Part shown: positions 57,147 to 64,000 of the stretch, in pieces
Layout of the letters: the number at the start of each line of letters is the position of its first letter
How positions within the stretch are numbered: position 1 is the first letter of the stretch
Assembly (NCBI GenBank): GCA_038087875.1
Contig: CM075992.1
Span: forward strand, 11,224,001 to 11,288,000
Length of the DNA: 64,000 nucleotides
Origin: Malacoraja senta
Taxonomy: Eukaryota
Reading direction: 5' to 3'
The notes under the pieces: generated by a model
Told to the model about the DNA's origin: nothing
Database searches by the model: none
The model's input: only the letters and a program-made list of their open reading frames with translations
Made by a program: the position numbers and the translations under genes

Positions 57147-60100
57147 AATTCAAGGAATCTAATGGGAAGGTAGTTTCTGCAGCAGCTGCTAGCGGCTGTA
57201 AATACAATTCTGGTATCAACAGCAGAATGTGAAAGAAGCTTCAGTGGCATGAATTTCTGCATGTCACCACAACTTGCAAGACTTCAAACTGATCATCTCT
57301 CAACCCCTCTATTTATTATGTTGGTGGGACCTCATCTGTCAAAACTCAACCCCGAAGAATATGTGAGGACCTGGCTTCTAAGTGGCAGAAGGCATGCTGA
57401 AGAAACGGCATGCAGAAAGAGGAGGTGACAGAAAAAAATGGAGATTATATACCATGATGGAACATTTTGTAATGTAAACAGAGAGAGAGAGACAGATGCA
57501 AGAAAGCAGCTATGACATATAATACACAATAAACTGTATTATAAATACACAATAAACAAGTTATGCATTCTTGTACTCTTACATGGGTATGACCGCACAT
57601 TAAAAACATTTCCCCCCTTCCTTCCCAACCTCAGCCGCACGGGCCTTAGAGTACCCCTGGTTCCTAAAACCCATTTCCATCACTGAGCATGTCATATTTC
57701 GCTTGGGCAGCTTACAGCACAGTGGTATGAATATTGATTTATCTAGCTTCAAGTACCCCTGGCAATCCTTTTCTCTCTATCCTTCCCGCACCATAGTCTG
57801 TCATAGAGATGTTGGGCTGAATGGCCTGTTCTTCTGTAGTAATTTCTAAATAATTAACTCTTGCTCCTGCTGATTTACAGATTGCAATCGAAGTATTTCA
57901 TGGGTTAATTCTGCTGTATTTTTTAACAGGAAGCACAAAGACTGAGAACAAAGGCCTTTTCACGTCAAGGAAACAAATAATATTTGGTGAAATGTTTCAG
58001 ATGCAAATTAAGCAACCGATGGAAATTAGAACCGCAAACTAGTAAACAAGGAGGGCTTGGTGAATGGGTGCGAGTTGGTGGGGAGAGCGACACAGTTTCC
58101 ATGGCAATTTAGTGTTCAAGTCATGGGGTCATATAGCACGGATAAAGGCCTGTACCTGTCCAAGTGCCTTTTAAATGTTGTTATAGTACCTTCCACAATT
58201 ACCTCCTCTGGAAGATCATTCAAGGAAAAACCTTGTCTCTCTCAACTAAACCATATGTCCTCTGGTTTTTGATTCCCCTACGATGAGTAAAAGACTACAC
58301 ATTGATCCTAACTATTCCCCTCATGATTTTATACACCTATTATAAGATCAGATGATGGATCTTGACCCATTCCTTCTCTCCAGAGATGCTGCCTGTCCCG
58401 CTGAGTTACTCCAGCTTTGTGTGTCTATCTTTGATTTAAACCAGCATCTATATTTCCTTCCTACACATATTATAAGATCACCTCTCAGCCACCTGCACTC
58501 CAAGGAATAATGTCCTAGCCTGCCCAACCTTTCCCTATAGCTCAGCCCCACAAGTCCTGGCAACATCATTGTAAATCCTCTCTGCACTCTTTCCAGCTTA
58601 CCGATATCCTTTTTATAGCAGGGTGACCAAAACTGAACACAGTACTTCACATGTAATAAAAAGTTACTACAGATGCTGGTTTTTCTGGCTTCCCGACGGG
58701 CCAGAAGCTTACCGACGGGACACGGCTGTGGGCTGGGATCGCTGCTGGAGGCGTTTATCGAGGCGCCGCTGTCTCGATGCCTCCCGGATCGCCGCGTAGA
58801 AGCCCAGGTCGGGGCCCGGCCGGAGCCTCGCGGCTGACGGAGCCCACGGCTGGGGCCTGGGTCGGCGCCACGGAAGCGTGCAGTGGGGCATCGACAGAGT
58901 GAGGACTCAGCGGCGGCGGCGACCCGCGGTCGACAGTTGATGAGCGTGGAGGACCACTGTGAGGGGGGAGGGGATAGAACAATGGAGGAACGGGCGTGCG
59001 GGACCACTGTGGAGGGGGGGGGGGAACAATGGACAATTGGGGAGGGGGGGGGAACAAAGAACAATTGGGGACCCAGCGTTGGGGGACCACTGTGGAGGGG
59101 GGGGGGGGGAGAGAACAAAAGGAGGAGCCGGCATGCTTTGTAACTTTGTCAGTGCTGTGGGTGGCTGCTATTTGTATACATTGGGTACGCAGCCAATAAT
59201 TTCACTGTGCCTTGTCACATGTGACAATAAAGTATTCCATTCCATAAAACCAAAGACTAAAAATGCTCGAGTAACTCAGTGGGTCAGGCAGCATCTCTGG
59301 AGAAAATGAGACAATATTTCAAGTGCAGCCTCACCAATGTACAACTGTAACATAACTTCTCAACCTTCAGTATCCTGACTGATGAAGGTAAATGTACCAA
59401 AAACCTTCTTGACCACCCTATCTACCTATGATGCCACTTATAGGGAACTATATTTAGGCAACTATCCAAGATCACTGTGCTCTACAACACTCCCCAGGGC
59501 CCTACCAATCACTGCAGTTCTTCCCAAAGTGCAACAACTCACACCAATCTGCATTAAACTCCGAAGATAGACACAAAAGCTGGAGTAACACAGCTGGACA
59601 GGCAGCATCTCTGGAGAGAAGGAATGCGTGACGTTTCGGGTCGAGACCCTTCTTCAGATTAGTTCGGGATAAGAAAAACAAGAGATATAGATGATTATAC
59701 GCTAGGCGCTGTGGAGTGTTAGTAGAGGGAAATTGGATGCTTCTGCGGTCGAGGAAGAAACGGAGGGTTTTAAGGCCTTCCTGGTGGGGGATGGAGGCGT
59801 AGAGTGAATGAACGTCCATAGTAAAGATGAGGCAGTCGGGGCTCGGAAAGCGGAAGTCGTTAAAGAGACGAAGGGCATGTGAGGTATCTTGGACATAGGT
59901 CAGGAGAGATTGGACCAAGGGGATAAGATGGAGTCGAGGTACGTGTAAATCATTTCAGTGGGACAGGTGCAGGCTGAAACAATGGGTCTGCCAGAGTAGT
60001 TGTGTCCCCACTCCCTCATCTTTACTATAGACATTCAATCCTCACCCTTAACAAGTTCTCCTTCGACTCCTCCCACTTCCACCAAGTCCAAGGAGGAGCT

Positions 60101-61123
60101 AGGGCACCCCCATGGGCCCCAGTTATGCCTGCCACTTTGTAGTGTACATTGAACAATCCCTGTTCCAGGCGTACATGGGCGCTATCCCCGAACTCTCTCT
60201 CCGTTATATTGATGACTGCATCAGTGCTACCTCCTGCACCCATGCAGAACTCATGGCCTTCATCAACTTCACCACCAATTTCCATCCTGCATTCAAATTC
60301 ACGGACCAACTCTGACACCTCCTTCCCCTTTCTTCATCTCATCATCTCCATCACAGGAAATAGACTATCGACTGAAGTCTATTAGAAACCCACTGACTCC
60401 CACAACTATCTCGACTACACTTCTTCCCACCCATTTTCCTATAAAGACTCTATCCCCTACTCCGAATTCCTCTATCTACTCTGCATCTGTGCCCAAGATG
60501 AGGTCCTCCATACTAGGATATCTGAGATGTCCTCATTCTTTAGGGAATGAGAGTTCCGCCCTTGCTCCCCCTCCCCCTAGTCGCAACAGAGACAGAGTCC
60601 CCCTAGTCGTTATCTTTCACCCCATCAGCCGTCGCATACAACACATAATCCTTTGACGTTTTTGCCACCTCCAATGGGATCCTACACCAGTCACATATTC
60701 CCATCTCCACCCCTTTCCACCTTCCGCAGAGACCTTTCCCTCCCCAACTCCTTGGTTAACTCATCTCTTCTCACCCAAACCACCCCCTCCCCATGTACCT
60801 TCCCTGCAACCTCAGAAGATGCAACACCTGTCCCTAGATCTCCTCCCTTGACTCTGTCCAGGGACCCCGACAGTCCTTTCAGGTTATGCAGAGGTTCACT
60901 TGCATCTCCTCCAACCTCATCTACTGTATCCATTGTTCAAGATGTGGACTCTTATACATCGACGAGACAAATTGTAGACTGGGCGATCATTTCACTGAAC
61001 CTACCTGAACTGCCGGTTGCTAAACATTTTAATTCCCCTTCCCATTCCCACACAGACCTTTCTGTCCGAGGTCTCCTGCGTTGGCAGAGTGAGGCTAAAT
61101 GCAACTTCGAGGAACAGCATGTC

Positions 61124-62816
61124 CAGTGATGGAAAGGGGGGGGGGGGTGTTTTAAATGACCATGCATAATCATTACAACGAGTCTCCCTGCATCGGCCAT
61201 GAGATGAAAACGATTTGTTAACTACCACTGTTAGCACTTGTTAACAACCAGTAGTTAACATGTAGTAATGTGTTATCAATACATCGATCCACATTCCTCA
61301 GTAAATGTAATTGTGTTTTGATCATGTATTAATGACACCGTGTTCCTTTGAATAAAATTCATGGGGGGAATTTAATAAAGTCACTGTCATTGCTCCGGAC
61401 CGTGAGCACGGGCTTCTTCTGGTGTGGAGGTAGTCACGTTATTTTATTATTCTGTCACTCTCTCTCTCTCTCCCTCTCTCGCTGTGTCTCTCTGTCTTTC
61501 CCTCTCTCCTTCCCTCCATCTCTCGCTGTGTCTCTCTGTCGTTCGCTCTCTCCCTTTCTCCCTCTCTCACTGTGTCTCTCTGTCTTTCGCTCTCTCCTTC
61601 CCCCCCCCCCCCCCTCTCTCGCTGTGTCTATCTGTCTTAAACTGGAGTAACTCAGCGGGTCAGGCAGCATCGCTGGAGAGATGGAATAGGTGACGTTTTG
61701 GGTTGAGACCCTTCCTAGGACCCTCCATAGATCCGGTCTGACCTGCTGAGTTATCCAGCACTTTATTATTTGCTCTTAAAATAAATCTGTGGTCCGCTGA
61801 AGAAACAACACAATAGACCAGTCAGGAAGTGCCAGTTTTGCTGTATACTTCATACTCTAGAACATCTCATAATACACCCAGAGTGATTTATTGGGGTTAG
61901 ATTGTTTTTAATCTGTTGTCTAGAATTAATCGAAACCCACGCTATGAACCGTATATCAGATTTAAATCGGAATTACGATTTTTTTTGTTTTCCTATTTGT
62001 CAATTTTTTGCCCGATTAATGGCGGCCAATCAACCACCGTCTCTAAGGGAGGTGCGTCCAATCACCGACGAGCTTCCCTTAAAATTCCTTTCCAATCAAC
62101 AAATCGGCCTCCTCCCGTCCAATCAGCCGCTGTCTCCAAGGGCATTACTTTTTCTATTATCAGGCCCCAATAAGAAACTGCATTTTCAGATTAATTGTTT
62201 CAGTTACATTAGAATGGATGGGGAGAAAATTAAATAAATAGTACCAATAGTTTTTCCAGCCTAAATCGGGAGTGGTGAATTTTATTGTGAGTGGTTTTAT
62301 TTAGCAAAACAGGAGTGCAAGCGGAAATATTTTATTATATATCACCATCAAATTTTATTATATATCACTATCAAATATCTATACATTTCAGATGTGTGTA
62401 CCCCTGTGAAAATGAGCAAACTGAGATACTTTAAAAGGCAGCGTCTTCAGATCGATGAAGAAATAAATGATAATGAAAACATTCAGCCAGAAAAGAAGGC
62501 AAAATTACTTGAAAATGATAATTGAACTAATGCAGCTGTTTCGCCTGATGCTGCAGGTGAAGACATTTCAAAAGATATTGAAAAAGGTGATCTTCCAGAC
62601 TGTTGGACACAAGAAATGTACTTAAACAAAAAGAAAGAATATCCCTGGCTAATTGTTAAAAAGAGAAAACTAGGATGTAGTGTATGTAGCAAGTGTGGTC
62701 ATCTTGGACTTGAACGATCATAAGGAACTCATTTGTCTCGTGAGTGGTGCAGTGTTAATGTAGTAGGAGTGAGTGTTGACAAAGCAAAACAGTTAATGAG
62801 TTTAAGAAAATTGATT
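61124..62816 (+). mobile_element. hAT transposon 5' end with intact left TIR (diverged unit), interrupted by a DIRS-like element
   Basis: AGCATGTC 61116-61123 then CAGTGATGGAAA 61124-61135, the exact reverse complement of the right TIR; transposase ATG at 62412. Confidence 0.88.
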
Positions 62817-64000
62817 TTACTTCGGAGTCACGTGAGTGACTACGTGAAGAGCCCATCAGCACGCATGCGGATCATTACGTCTAACGCATGGCGCGCTGAC
62901 TGGCTGGCTGGCGCGCAGCTCCAGCAGCGGTCCTTTTTAAAGACCTCAGGAGTGTATGGAAACTCACCTGCGGTGGAAATTTTTGACTTATCGTTACAGG
63001 ATGGACAACGCGAGGGTGAAGGCTCGCAAGACTGCAGGGAGAACCGCTTCGGAGGACCGTGGGAGTACGGTCTGCGGTCGGCAGTCCGTTTCACCATCGC
63101 GGTCGCTGCAAGCTGCACAGCCAGCGACTTCCGGCTCGGTGCCCTTGGACAGCATTTTGCATACCCCGCGGGGGAAAGCAAAGTGCACGTCCAACAGGCC
63201 TGTAGACTCGGAAGAGTCTGGCCGGGAGGATTCGCCTCCCAGAGTGGGAAGGTTGGTGGACGCCTTTCCCAAGTAGAGCAACTGATGGAGAGAATGCTCC
63301 AACAAAATACACTCCGTGGTCGGTAGTCATACCACAGCGGGGCTCGGGAACCCGCAGCAGCACCCCTTGGACGGCTGCATGACGTCTCCCCATCTGAAGA
63401 TGGGAGTGGAGAAGAGTCCTGTGGGGACGACCGCTCGATGCAGGACCCGCGGGAAGCGGAGGTACCCGGAATGATTTCCAAATTTGCGGTGTCGTCACTT
63501 GTTGGAGAGCCGCTGGAGGAAGAGCTGGCGGCAAGTATAAAACATCTGGTCTCCCACCAGCTGCAGGAGCAGGTCATCATGGAGACAACCATGCGGTATC
63601 ACGCACCCAGCAATTGTGCGTCCCTGAAGGTACCGGTGGTAAATAGTTCCATATGGAACCACATTGGGAGCGGTATTAAGACCCAAGAACTGAAGCTCCA
63701 GAGAATTCTGAATCTGCTGGGGTCAGGTCTGACAGCTTTCGCCAGGTCGGTGGACGGCTTCACATTATCAGATGCGTAGCGGGACGCAATGGCATTGTTG
63801 TGCAATGCACACTTTGAAATCAATTGTTTTCGGAAGAATGCCATTCGTCCCGTTCTCAACCCCAAGTTTGCGGGGTTGTGCAAAGCTAGTAATGTGCAGC
63901 CACCAAACTTGCTGCTTGGGGATGACCTGTCCAGGCAGGTGAAAGACCTCGATGAGGAGTCAAAGGCTGTGGGGCTTCTTCGGGCTCCACCAGGGAACAA
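62817..64000 (+). mobile_element. 5' part of a DIRS-like tyrosine-recombinase retrotransposon (terminal repeat + gag-like ORF1 with stops); runs off the window
   Basis: Abrupt switch to CpG-rich sequence beginning TTTTACTTCGGAGTCACGTGAGTGAC; translation PSNCASLKVPVVNSSIW...ELKLQRI...RKNAIRPVL...LLLGDDL resembles DIRS gag (LAP2alpha-like); in-frame TAG at 63324 and 63777. RT and YR are not visible. Confidence 0.7.

Larger units (their letters stand above)
47116..57685 (+). mobile_element. hAT transposon with nested retroelements, unit 3 (transposase pseudogene 48645-57428)
   Basis: Right TIR 57674-57685, TSD 57686-57693; same insertions as units 1-2. Confidence 0.85.
14987..57693. repeat. Tandem macrosatellite-like array of ~14.2-kb composite TE units (three full copies; diverged partial copies at 1-14986 and 57694-62816)
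   Basis: hAT right TIR ends at 14978, 29246, 43515, 57685 (periods 14268, 14269, 14170); the ORF track recurs with the same offsets. Confidence 0.97.

Noticed and set aside
62733..63326. 197-aa hAT-DIRS fusion ORF, or a LAP2alpha/TMPO host gene
   Set aside because: Starts at TTG in a dead transposase frame and crosses the insertion junction by chance; the downstream domain is better explained as DIRS gag with stops.

Overview
Vertebrate genomic DNA, most likely a cartilaginous fish (skate/ray/shark; inferred from CR1/HER1-like 3' tails and Neptune-type Penelope repeats). It is made almost entirely of nested transposable elements, and I see no recognisable host gene, rRNA, tRNA or CRISPR array. 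The window is a tandem array of a ~14.2-kb composite unit: three near-complete copies at about 14987-29254, 29255-43523 and 43524-57693, plus diverged partial copies at both ends. Each unit is a decayed Neptune/Penelope element interrupted by a KIAA1586/Tip100-like hAT DNA transposon (12-bp TIR CAGTGATGGAAA, 8-bp TSD AGCATGTC). The hAT in turn carries sense and antisense CR1 insertions and an L1 3' fragment flanked by a ~0.8-kb duplication. The left diverged copy contains a nested stack: a Nimb/I-clade LINE with RNase H (minus strand), an intact two-ORF CR1 inside it, and a young 5'-truncated Neptune element with a hammerhead-ribozyme-like motif. The right diverged copy keeps several ancestral (pre-insertion) states and is interrupted by the 5' part of a DIRS-like retrotransposon. 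All alignments were done by eye; no identities were computed.
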